From Coleofasciculaceae cyanobacterium (lineage in GTDB: Bacteria; Cyanobacteriota; Cyanobacteriia; Cyanobacteriales; Xenococcaceae), in the NCBI GenBank assembly GCA_036703275.1, contig DATNPK010000082.1, positions 86,130-150,129 on the forward strand: 64,000 nucleotides of DNA, given 5' to 3'. Every line of letters begins with the position of its first letter. Positions within the stretch are counted from its first letter, which is position 1. The notes below the pieces were generated by a model. That model saw nothing but the letters and a program-made list of their open reading frames with translations, had not been told where the DNA came from and searched no databases. Both the position numbers and the translations under genes were made by a program. Shown in pieces: positions 46,201-53,830 of this stretch.

Positions 46201-46512
46201 CTAGGAACGACGATTCCTTTATTGAGTCGTTTTCCCGTAACTATCGAACAAACCTCGATGCTGCAAACAGTTGACGATCAGTTTGTGAAATTGGAATATC
46301 AGGGACAAGTAAAAGGATTTCAAAGCTTCTTTGGCACAATTAATGGATTACTCAACAATCCAGCAACTCAAGCCAATGTAAACCTCAAATTAATTATCGA
46401 TTTTGGCGATCAACCTATTGCCTCAGAGGGTTCAGAACTCAATACTATCCAGCAAGCTCTTAATCGGAATCCTGTAGAGAGAATCAGTTTTAGTGCGGAG
46501 GTTAAATACTAA
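43231..46512 (+). CDS. DUF499-type P-loop ATPase (defence-island associated)
   Basis: 1093-aa ORF. The N-terminus reads IFETCIPREEILAGELSVDLFAAKLRSVVEGKAPQIYQNSESFFANTFATDGIKTLISEVFSRLTG...LETSFGGGKTH and ILDEIARYL. This matches the DUF499 pattern as I recall it. Confidence 0.75.
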   Translation: MLPSIFETCIPREEILAGELSVDLFAAKLRSVVEGKAPQIYQNSESFFANTFATDGIKTLISEVFSRLTGKSSGSPVIRLETSFGGGKTHDEIALWHICKEGNRIQGLERFVEPNLIPDRTVQVAAVDGRDLDPENGIHHPNGIITTTLWGEIAYQVGGVEGYRLLQGSDRSGISPGTDVLERLLNGEPTVIILDEIARYLRAAKAKQIGRSDLAEQVVAFLFSLMDLAGACNNLVFVYSLASASDTFADETMELQELIRASARQERVLSPSTDVEVYNIVKQRLFKSVDSQAASQAASEYLSVYRSTRVNLPDGCKDASYSQAIAQSYPFHPELFNLLTKKIASIPEFQRTRGALRLLAQVVQHLWQNQIEDTPIIHPHHIPVGKEKQITDDLTSRLQRSLMRSPIGADIYNPSGKQAYAQIHDRQWQDAGKPPFSSWVARTIFLNSLTQGTSSGIRRTELNLSLLTPGLEASFIDQALDKLAQVAWYLDNDPITTLARFKEEPSINKIVTEEKEQVGRTEAKDYLRSRRDSIFAKKIFTPVFAPESPGDVDDIPDEIALCLIDFNEATVKSSTDSPPDLVQQIFDNTGESGKFRVFRNRLLFLVANHQELDKAIDNAREYQAIRNILGSQTRLEDLSETQQKQLREREGAKDLEVRISLTNAYRHLFYPAKDDVKAPNGLMHYTLPPQDSSTVKGKNNQQDVILKALKDCEKIRAEDKASQPFAPAYILQKVWSKGLDHWSTKALRDAFAKDLSLNILLPGELTTLRETIRNGLQDGQWDLKIGDKVYIKTDGTLTFPDTIEFSDRFILYRRGILQPPEPRVIELNAQVMSNSETEKPVRIRWKAKGALKISLHQDGTLITQRGLQAAEPASADSPSEFRPSDEYETKIRANTIFRLVADYGNGETAEQETKAIVAQSGRVKATGGNYDPGNDHEITGSIFEHRSPLIELDGTVNKVFNDLADLIGDRKIKEIKSLEISVDQVIDYRKLGTTIPLLSRFPVTIEQTSMLQTVDDQFVKLEYQGQVKGFQSFFGTINGLLNNPATQANVNLKLIIDFGDQPIASEGSELNTIQQALNRNPVERISFSAEVKY

Positions 46513-46940
46513 TGCAAGAATTTCAATTACGAGTAATTCCTACCGAAAACAATAATTTTGCCTTGGAACTATACCAATGTGCTTATAAGAAAGCAGGAGA
46601 GAAAAAGCGTCCTGCTGCGAAAAAAATTGGCTGCCTTAAAGGTGATACTTTAAATCTGGTTAAACAAAGTATTTATCAGGTACTGAAAACTAATAATTAC
46701 GACCCCCAAACCCTCTCTTCAAAACGTCAAAGTTGCTATACTTTATCGGAAGAATCGGGAGTACAAACAGCAATTATGTTTCAAGTTTTGCAACCCCTGT
46801 CTCAACCAGAGAAAATTAACAAGATTGCAACAGGAATTTCAGCTATGAGTAATGAGGAAGCTCATTATTGGTTTGCCATGATTGCTAATGGAAGGCGAAA
46901 AAATGCCTTAAAAGCTTTAAGGGTTTTATTTGAAGACTAG
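46512..46940 (+). CDS. small partner protein of the DUF499 ATPase (DUF3780-like by position)
   Basis: 142-aa ORF whose ATG overlaps the DUF499 stop (TAATG), which suggests translational coupling. The family assignment rests on gene order only. Confidence 0.45.
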   Translation: MQEFQLRVIPTENNNFALELYQCAYKKAGEKKRPAAKKIGCLKGDTLNLVKQSIYQVLKTNNYDPQTLSSKRQSCYTLSEESGVQTAIMFQVLQPLSQPEKINKIATGISAMSNEEAHYWFAMIANGRRKNALKALRVLFED

Positions 46941-47086
46941 TCGCTGCGCTTCAATTCAAAGTTCAAAATGTAGAATTCAAAATTAATTTCCTTTCTTACT
47001 TTATTCTGAAATTGGGAAATTAAAATTGGCGTTGGTGAATCCAGGTATGATTTTTGAGATTTGAAAGTCTTAATTGAATTTAAAAA

Positions 47087-47111
47087 GCTAATAGCTAATA
47101 GCTAACAGCTA
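47087..47111. repeat. heptanucleotide tandem repeat (GCTAATA/GCTAACA), reverse complement of the 27124 array
   Basis: The sequence is GCTAATAGCTAATAGCTAACAGCTA. It sits at the junction between the DUF3780-like gene and the inserted TA block. Confidence 0.55.
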
Positions 47112-47155
47112 CGAACCGAAACATTTTGTACGTCATACGTTAAATCACCAACGCC

Positions 47156-47623
47156 TTAAAATTCAATCTCTTGCCACTCTTTTGCTTCAGCAAAGCGACT
47201 TAGATGTTTTACGTTGGTAGTAGCAATAACTATATATCTACCTGGATATTCTTGCTCTAGCAGCTTGTACTGGGCGCAGATGATTATGTCAGCATCAAGG
47301 CTTTTGTTATCTGCGGTGGGTACTCCTTGTATACGGGCTTCTGCCCAAAGGCTAGCAGCTTCGTTTAAAACTGTGTTGCTAACAGGTAGAAAATCGATAA
47401 ATTCAGCTAATTTGTTGAGATTATTTATTCCTTCTGAAGACAAACCTCTCATGGAATTCAGAATTAGCGATCGCCTTACTTCGTAATCACAGATCTGACT
47501 GCTGACAATATATACTCCTTTGGCTAACAGGGCATATAATCTTTCTCTTGCTGCTGCTACTTCAGGTGAAGAATTCGGATTACAAAGTTTTCCAAGTACT
47601 CCAGAATCAATTAGGACAATCAT
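47156..47623 (-). CDS. PIN-domain nuclease (VapC-like toxin)
   Basis: 155-aa ORF. It reads MIVLIDSGVLGKL... with acidic PIN residues (D6, E48, D110/D112, ATTN). It lies directly downstream of a small partner ORF. Confidence 0.7.
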   Translation of the reverse strand: MIVLIDSGVLGKLCNPNSSPEVAAARERLYALLAKGVYIVSSQICDYEVRRSLILNSMRGLSSEGINNLNKLAEFIDFLPVSNTVLNEAASLWAEARIQGVPTADNKSLDADIIICAQYKLLEQEYPGRYIVIATTNVKHLSRFAEAKEWQEIEF

Positions 47624-48001
47624 TTAGTGTTCGTATAGTTTTTGTCCAACTGGTCTTTCTGAATCGATTGTCTTCTTAAATTCTTCAAAAGCAGCTTCTT
47701 TTTCTGAGGATGCGGGTTCTTGTTTTTTGCTATCGATCCACTCTCTCAGTTTTTTCAGCTTAGGTTGGTTTTTGCGTAATTGTTCTTCTCTATCCCACGT
47801 ACCATTAGCCTTGTGCTTCGACTTCACCTTGAGATGTTCCTTAACTGATGTTGCTTCTTGGGAATCTAAAACGATCGCTTTTTCACAACCTTCTAAAATT
47901 AAATGATATTTTTCGTTTGCTGCCTTCTCATCGGGAACTAAAGCAACAAAGCGATTTAGATCGATAATTTTTCCACTTGGTAATTCTATCGTTGTGGTCA
48001 T
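47624..48001 (-). CDS. putative antitoxin of the PIN toxin
   Basis: 125 aa from ATG 48001 (MTTTIELPSGKIIDLNRF...). Its stop abuts the PIN start. The C-terminus is Lys/Glu-rich. I recognise no family. Confidence 0.4.
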   Translation of the reverse strand: MTTTIELPSGKIIDLNRFVALVPDEKAANEKYHLILEGCEKAIVLDSQEATSVKEHLKVKSKHKANGTWDREEQLRKNQPKLKKLREWIDSKKQEPASSEKEAAFEEFKKTIDSERPVGQKLYEH

Positions 48002-48056
48002 ATTGGTCAACTCCTTTACTGATAAGTATTCAAAGTTAATAAATGCCGATCGCAAT

Positions 48057-48386
48057 TTAAATTGCTCTTTGAATCTTGGCTAAAGATTGAGGTGTAATTG
48101 CTCCATAAGGACCTCGCTCTAAATAAAGCTTGCGAACCGCAGATATATTGTCGCATAAAGCCAAAGAAGCCGATTCTAGCCCTCCTTCTCCTGCGGTCAT
48201 TAAGATTCTCGTTGGTGTCTCGCCACTGGTTAAATCACTGGTAAAAGGCACGATTAAGACATTTTCTCTAAATTCATTTCTGACATTCATTGAAATAACA
48301 ACAGCAGGGCGTTTTTTTGTGTCACCTAAAGTTTTCAAAGCCTTGATGAGATACACTTCACCCTGACGGGGATAGGAAGTTGCCAC
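48057..48386 (-). CDS. PemK/MazF family toxin
   Basis: 109-aa ORF reading RQGEVYLIKALKTLGDTKKRPAVVISMNVRNEFRENVLIVPFTSDL. This is the typical MazF SH3-like barrel pattern. Confidence 0.8.
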   Translation of the reverse strand: MATSYPRQGEVYLIKALKTLGDTKKRPAVVISMNVRNEFRENVLIVPFTSDLTSGETPTRILMTAGEGGLESASLALCDNISAVRKLYLERGPYGAITPQSLAKIQRAI

Positions 48387-48389
48387 GCT

Positions 48390-48644
48390 TTACAATCCTT
48401 CCTCTTCCAGAATCTCTTCCATTTGTGCTTGGGAAAATTGCGCCCAGTTTTTTTCAAATTCAATATCAGCCTGAGAACGATTTTGATAGAAGTTTCTTAG
48501 TTGTTCTTCTATTTGTTGTTTGCGCCACAGCCTTAGACCTTCTTCTACCGCAGCCGAACGATTTTTAGTCATGCGATCGACTTCTTCGAGTAGCTGCGAA
48601 TCTACAGTGATGGAAATTCGTTGTTTCTGGGAACTATTAGACAT
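48390..48644 (-). CDS. ribbon-helix-helix (CopG/MazE-like) antitoxin
   Basis: 84 aa from ATG 48644: MSNSSQKQRISITVDSQLLEEVDRMTKNRSAAVEEGLRLWRKQQ.... It lies 3 nt upstream of the MazF gene. The longer track ORF (to 48755) would overlap the methyltransferase 5' end. Confidence 0.6.
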   Translation of the reverse strand: MSNSSQKQRISITVDSQLLEEVDRMTKNRSAAVEEGLRLWRKQQIEEQLRNFYQNRSQADIEFEKNWAQFSQAQMEEILEEEGL

Positions 48645-48849
48645 AGGAGCTTGTGTAGTTTCTACATAAATAATAATACTTTTTATATTACTCATGACTA
48701 AAACCCAACGTCCCCAGGTTTTTATCGAAAAAATCATGCCTGTAAAGCTTCTCAATCAACAGGTATATTACGAACACGGGGGAAATCCTTTTAAGTGGTT
48801 ACATCGTTAATATTCTCGCAAGCCTTTATCTTTTTCTCGCGCTTCGGTT

Positions 48850-51528
48850 TTGGCTTCTCTTTTACCAGCCGATATTTCGATGGAAGAGTTTGAATATTTG
48901 TTGGGTTTACATCCAGAAAAAGACGGAATTTTGATCGACAAAAAAGAGCCAATTAAGCTTTATAAAACTCCTCCAAGCAGTAAAGTTATTAATAAATTAG
49001 AAGAGTATTGTGAGAAGGTTTGGGGTAAAAGAAAGCCTGTAGTTTTAGATGCCTTTGCAGGTGGCGGAAGTATCCCTTTTGAAGCTGCTAGATATGGTTT
49101 AAATGTGCTGGCTTCAGACTTAAACCCTGTGGCTGTGGTGACGATGAAGGCTGCAATGGAATATCCTCTCAAGTTTGGGGCGGATTTACAGCAGGATATT
49201 GATAAATGGGTGAAGTTTGTTGGGGATGAGGCAGAGAAAAGATTAGCCGAGTTTTTTCCTTCACAACCAGTAGGGGCGATTCGTGAATCGTCCGTACAGA
49301 ATTATCTTTGGGCGCATACGGTTGTTTGTCCTCATTGTGAGTCAGTTGTGCCTCTAAGTCCTAATTGGTGGTTAAGTAAAACTAGCAACTATGCAGGGAA
49401 AGGACAAGAAAGAAAAGTTACGAGTGATTGGTATGCTGTAAAACCGATTCCTAATCCTAAAGAAAAGCGAGTTGATTTTGAATTGGTTAGAGGAAGCAAG
49501 GGTAAAAATACAACAATTGAAACTGATGAAGGTGAATACGATCCTGATACCACCACAACTATCAGTAGAGGTGTTGGTAAATGTCCGAATTGTACCAGCG
49601 TAATTGAAGACGATGTAATTAAATCACAGGCAAAATCATCTGGTTTGGGTCATCAGTTATATGCAGTTGCCTATAAGGAAGGAAAAGGCGGTTTACAGTT
49701 TAGAATTCCTACGGATTTAGATTTAGATGGTGTTGCTAAAGCTGAAGCATATATCAAAGAAAAATTAGAATCTTTTGAAATTAGTAATATTGTTCCTGAT
49801 GTAGAAATATACTCAGGTGCAAAGACAGATGAATTAATTAGATATGGGATTGATAGATGGGATAAATTATTTAACCCGCGTCAGCTTTTGACTCTTGTTA
49901 CCTATGTAGAAATCATTAACGAGGCAAAATCCAAGCTACAGATAGAATACGAACCAGAAAAGGTAGAAGCGATCGCAACTTATTTAGCTTTGGTTTTAGA
50001 CAGGTGTGTTGATTATAACTCACGTCTCTCAGGATGGAATGCTGGTAGATCGGGAGGAGATAGAGCTTCTAAACTACACTCGCTAAATTTAAACTGGAGT
50101 TATCCAGAGTATAGCGGAGCAAAAATTATATGGCTATTTTGCGCTGAATCTATTTCTGAAAAATATAAAGGGCTTTGCTTATATGTAAGCAAAACATCTC
50201 AATTAACAACTATCCCAGGATTAGAAAGAAGTACAAAGAAAGAAGAAAATAAACTTCATACTTCAAACCTCATACTTCAAACTTCTTCCGCCGACAGCCT
50301 CTATCACATCCTTGATCGCTCTGTAGACGCAATTGTCACCGATCCTCCGTACTACTCCACCATTCAATACGCCGAACTTTCCGACTTCTTCTATGTCTGG
50401 CAAAAACGCACGTTAGGGGATATCTTCCCCGATTTATTTTGGTCGGAACTTACCGACAAAGATCGCCAAGCAGTCGCCAATCCTTCCCGCTTCCGCAACA
50501 TGGGTGCATCCCCAGAAGAACTAGCCAAACAAGACTACGAAGCAAAAATGGCACTCGTCTTTAGTGAATATTATCGTGTCTTACGAGACGACGGCGTAAT
50601 GACAGTGCAGTTTAACCATAAAGAATCTGGTGCGTGGGATGTACTGGCAAAATCCCTAATTGATGCTGGCTTTGAGATTACTGCATCTTGGTCGGTTAGT
50701 ACCGAAAACCCCCAGAATCTTCACCAAGCTAAGAAAAACTCTGTTTCTAGTACCGTGCTGTTAGTCTGTCGCAAACGCGATCCTGATGCCGAACAAGCCT
50801 GGTGGGATGACTTGCGCCCCGAAGTTACCAACTTAGTCGAACAACGTGCCCCCGAATTTGAAGAGAATGAGATTACAGGTATCGACTTGTACCTGAGTGC
50901 TTTTGGTTCAGCCCTGAATGTCTTCTCTCGTTCCTATCCCATCCTAGACAGTAGCGGGGAATCAGTACGCCCCGAAGTTGCTTTCGCCGAAGCCAGAAAA
51001 GCCATAGCTAACTATCGTTTCCGCAAGCTGGTACAAACCGACACCGCAGGTTTCGATCCTCTCACTCAATGGTATCTCCTCGCTTGGGATGCCTTCAAAG
51101 CCCGTGAATTCCCCTTCGATGAAGCCAGACAGTTAGCCTTAGCCGTTGGTGGTTTCGACGTGAACGATTTAGCTAAAGTCTATAAGCTGCTTGCTTCTAA
51201 AAGTGGTAGCTGTACCATTCTCACTCCCAAACAAAGACATAAAAAACGCGCTTTTTCTGCCAATGCCGATAACTTTTCCAATCTGTATTTAGTCGATGCC
51301 CTTCATGCCATTATCGCCATTTACCAAGAAGAACAAAACCCCCAACTAGTTAGAAACTTTATGCAAAAAACGGGGTTAAATAACAACGATATGTTGATGA
51401 AAACCTTGGAAATTGCTTTTAAAGTAATGCCCACTAAAACCGAAGAACACAAAACCCTAACTTCACTGTGGCTGTCAATGGATGAGATAAAAGCCAAGGT
51501 TGTGATGGAACAGAAGAAACTATTTTAG
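48850..51528 (+). CDS. DUF1156-type Zn-ribbon DNA methyltransferase (amino-MTase, DPPY), N-terminal signature cut off by a nonsense codon
   Basis: The ORF carries motif I VLDAFAGGGSIPFEA. It carries Cys pairs CPHCES ... CPNCTS. It carries motif IV IVTDPPYYSTIQY. The same frame is open from ATG 48694 and encodes the DUF1156 N-terminus (...GGNPFKWLHR*YSRKPLSFSRASVLASLLPAD), with a TAA at 48808-48810. Confidence 0.8.
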   Translation: MASLLPADISMEEFEYLLGLHPEKDGILIDKKEPIKLYKTPPSSKVINKLEEYCEKVWGKRKPVVLDAFAGGGSIPFEAARYGLNVLASDLNPVAVVTMKAAMEYPLKFGADLQQDIDKWVKFVGDEAEKRLAEFFPSQPVGAIRESSVQNYLWAHTVVCPHCESVVPLSPNWWLSKTSNYAGKGQERKVTSDWYAVKPIPNPKEKRVDFELVRGSKGKNTTIETDEGEYDPDTTTTISRGVGKCPNCTSVIEDDVIKSQAKSSGLGHQLYAVAYKEGKGGLQFRIPTDLDLDGVAKAEAYIKEKLESFEISNIVPDVEIYSGAKTDELIRYGIDRWDKLFNPRQLLTLVTYVEIINEAKSKLQIEYEPEKVEAIATYLALVLDRCVDYNSRLSGWNAGRSGGDRASKLHSLNLNWSYPEYSGAKIIWLFCAESISEKYKGLCLYVSKTSQLTTIPGLERSTKKEENKLHTSNLILQTSSADSLYHILDRSVDAIVTDPPYYSTIQYAELSDFFYVWQKRTLGDIFPDLFWSELTDKDRQAVANPSRFRNMGASPEELAKQDYEAKMALVFSEYYRVLRDDGVMTVQFNHKESGAWDVLAKSLIDAGFEITASWSVSTENPQNLHQAKKNSVSSTVLLVCRKRDPDAEQAWWDDLRPEVTNLVEQRAPEFEENEITGIDLYLSAFGSALNVFSRSYPILDSSGESVRPEVAFAEARKAIANYRFRKLVQTDTAGFDPLTQWYLLAWDAFKAREFPFDEARQLALAVGGFDVNDLAKVYKLLASKSGSCTILTPKQRHKKRAFSANADNFSNLYLVDALHAIIAIYQEEQNPQLVRNFMQKTGLNNNDMLMKTLEIAFKVMPTKTEEHKTLTSLWLSMDEIKAKVVMEQKKLF

Positions 51529-51553
51529 TTTTTTAAAAACATTAAAAATAGCC

Positions 51554-52048
51554 ATGTCTACAAAATCAAAATTCGTAGCCAATTATAACGTTTATCTCGA
51601 TCTAGAAGAAGATAATGTTCTTATCTGCGATCGCTATAGAAAACATAATCTTGTACTTGGCAAGCCTACAGAAAAAGGTATTAAAAGAAATAGAGATGTA
51701 ACAGAGGAACAATCTAGAGCCATTAGTCTATGCTATTCGATAGCAGAACGACATTTTAGTAGCATCGATTGCCATAGTATAGATCGAACTACAGCGAAGC
51801 TAACCAAAGATGAATTATGGCTCGAACTCAACAATAGGGAAGTTAGACTGTATCCTTTGATAGGCGATAAATATCTAACTATTGGTTGGGTTTCAGAAAA
51901 TGGTATTGCCAACAATCACAGAACCAATGACGAACTTTATAGGCATGATACTCTTGTTTTCTGTGATAAGTATCTAAAAATTGCAGAACGTTATTTCTGT
52001 CCTCAAGTAAAAAAGTGGCAAAAACTTCAAAGAGATAGGCAAAATTAA
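51554..52048 (+). CDS. hypothetical protein
   Basis: 164-aa ORF 25 nt downstream of the methyltransferase. I recognise no motif. Confidence 0.4.
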   Translation: MSTKSKFVANYNVYLDLEEDNVLICDRYRKHNLVLGKPTEKGIKRNRDVTEEQSRAISLCYSIAERHFSSIDCHSIDRTTAKLTKDELWLELNNREVRLYPLIGDKYLTIGWVSENGIANNHRTNDELYRHDTLVFCDKYLKIAERYFCPQVKKWQKLQRDRQN

Positions 52049-52303
52049 ATTAAATTAAATTTAATTTCAAGAGCTATTGGCAGTAGTGAACAAGTAATAA
52101 TACCCAAAACTTTGTTGATGAAAAAAGGGGGAGAAACAACAGAAATTTATATGGATGACGAACTTGTTTAAAATACTGTTTTTTTGCAGTGATTGTCGAT
52201 CTCATTTGCGATCGCAATACAGAAAGTCTATTCAGATAAGTACGTGTTGCGTTTATTTCACATAGAATATAGACTAAGAGAACAAGTTATAGATTCGAGT
52301 GTC

Positions 52304-52777
52304 ATGGCAATGCTAGACAGACAAAGGAAAATACCTATCCCAACTGAAGCAGATATCGAACTATCCGCACAAAGCAGCCGTGTCTTAGCCTCTCTGACTA
52401 ATTCCCATAGCCACACTCAAAAAATCACAGTAGAATCAGAAAGCGGAAAAGAAGAATCGTTAATGATTCCTTCCGTAGCTTATGAGCTTTTAATTGATAT
52501 TCTGTCACAACTGTCTCAGGGGAATGCGGTTACTCTCGTTCCAGTTAAAGCTGAATTAAGTACTCAGCAAGCAGCAAACTTATTGAATGTTTCTCGTCCA
52601 TATTTAATCAAACTGCTTGAATCGGAAGAAATACCCTATTTTAAAGTAGGCAAGCACAGACGAATTCTTGCCAAAGATGTGTATAAATATAAAGCTGAAA
52701 TTGATGCGAAGCGGAGTCAGTCACTAGATGAACTTACTGCTTTAACAGAGGAATTGGATCTATACGAAGACAATTAA
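52304..52777 (+). CDS. excisionase-family (MerR-like HTH_17) DNA-binding protein, antitoxin of the downstream PIN protein
   Basis: From ATG 52304 it reads ...LSTQQAANLLNVSRPYLIKLLESEEIPYFKVGKHRRILAKDVYKYK. Its stop is 3 nt before the PIN gene. Confidence 0.65.
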   Translation: MAMLDRQRKIPIPTEADIELSAQSSRVLASLTNSHSHTQKITVESESGKEESLMIPSVAYELLIDILSQLSQGNAVTLVPVKAELSTQQAANLLNVSRPYLIKLLESEEIPYFKVGKHRRILAKDVYKYKAEIDAKRSQSLDELTALTEELDLYEDN

Positions 52778-52780
52778 ATA

Positions 52781-53344
52781 ATGATTCCCAATTTCACAGT
52801 AGTCTACGATGCCTGTGTTTTATACCCGAACACGCTCAGAGATTTATTAATGGAACTGGCTACAAAAGATCTCTACCGAGCAAAATGGACAGATGAAATT
52901 CATGATGAGTGGATTAGAAATCTCAAACAAAATAAACCAGACTTACCCACAGAAAAGATTTATCGGGTAAGAGATTTGATGAACGCAAACGTTTGTGATT
53001 GTCTCGTTACTGATTATCAATGGTTAATTGAAAAACTAAACTTGCCAGATCCTAATGACCGTCATGTTCTCGCAGCAACTATTCAAGCCAAGGCTGAAGT
53101 AATAGTTACCAGTAACCTAAAAGACTTTCCCCAGTCAGAATTAGACAAATACAATATCGAAGCGCAGCACCAAGATACTTTCATTACTAATCTTATCGAC
53201 CTTCATCCCCTACAGGTTTTTGATGCAGTACAAAAGTGTCATCAGAGACGTAAAAAACCACCTTGTACCTTTGAAGAATATTTGATGAGGCTGCAAAAAC
53301 AAGAGCTTCCTAACACCGTATCTATGATTAAAAATATGCTTTAA
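52781..53344 (+). CDS. PIN-domain protein (toxin)
   Basis: 187-aa ORF reading VVYDACVLYPNTLRDLLMELA ... DPNDRHVLAATIQAKAEVIVTSNLKDFP. This pattern is typical of PIN partners of excisionase-HTH antitoxins. Confidence 0.7.
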   Translation: MIPNFTVVYDACVLYPNTLRDLLMELATKDLYRAKWTDEIHDEWIRNLKQNKPDLPTEKIYRVRDLMNANVCDCLVTDYQWLIEKLNLPDPNDRHVLAATIQAKAEVIVTSNLKDFPQSELDKYNIEAQHQDTFITNLIDLHPLQVFDAVQKCHQRRKKPPCTFEEYLMRLQKQELPNTVSMIKNML

Positions 53345-53371
53345 AAGCTTTTACAAATTCTCTTATGTTAA

Positions 53372-53659
53372 TTAATCAAAAAATCGATCTGCTTTTTGCC
53401 AATGCTCTTGTGTGATATAAACACCAATAGTAGCTAATGTTCCACCAATGACAGCAGCATCATCAGTGAAACCTAAACCCGTAATTATATCGGGTATAGC
53501 ATCAGCAGGACTTAAAAAATAGCCTAAAGCAGCTAAAATTGTTCCCTTTACATGAATTGGCGTATTGGAATCCATAGCACAAAAATACATTGCTACTGCA
53601 TCTCTGACAAATGGAACATACCCAACAAAACGTTTAATTTGGCTGAGAAAATTTTGCAT
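53372..53659 (-). CDS. DUF1232 (YkvA-like) small membrane protein
   Basis: 95-aa ORF with the characteristic ADAIPDIITGLGFTDDAAVI motif between two hydrophobic segments. Confidence 0.65.
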   Translation of the reverse strand: MQNFLSQIKRFVGYVPFVRDAVAMYFCAMDSNTPIHVKGTILAALGYFLSPADAIPDIITGLGFTDDAAVIGGTLATIGVYITQEHWQKADRFFD

Positions 53660-53830
53660 AACTAACTTGATAAATATAAAAACAAATAAAATACATCATA
53701 TTACAAAAGACTCAAATATGAATATATTTCCTTAAAATTATATTGACACAGCTATAGGTAGATCGAAATCACAGCCTAAAGTATAAACAAAGCCTTGAAT
53801 TGAGAAATAGCTCTCAATCATTCTCAATTC

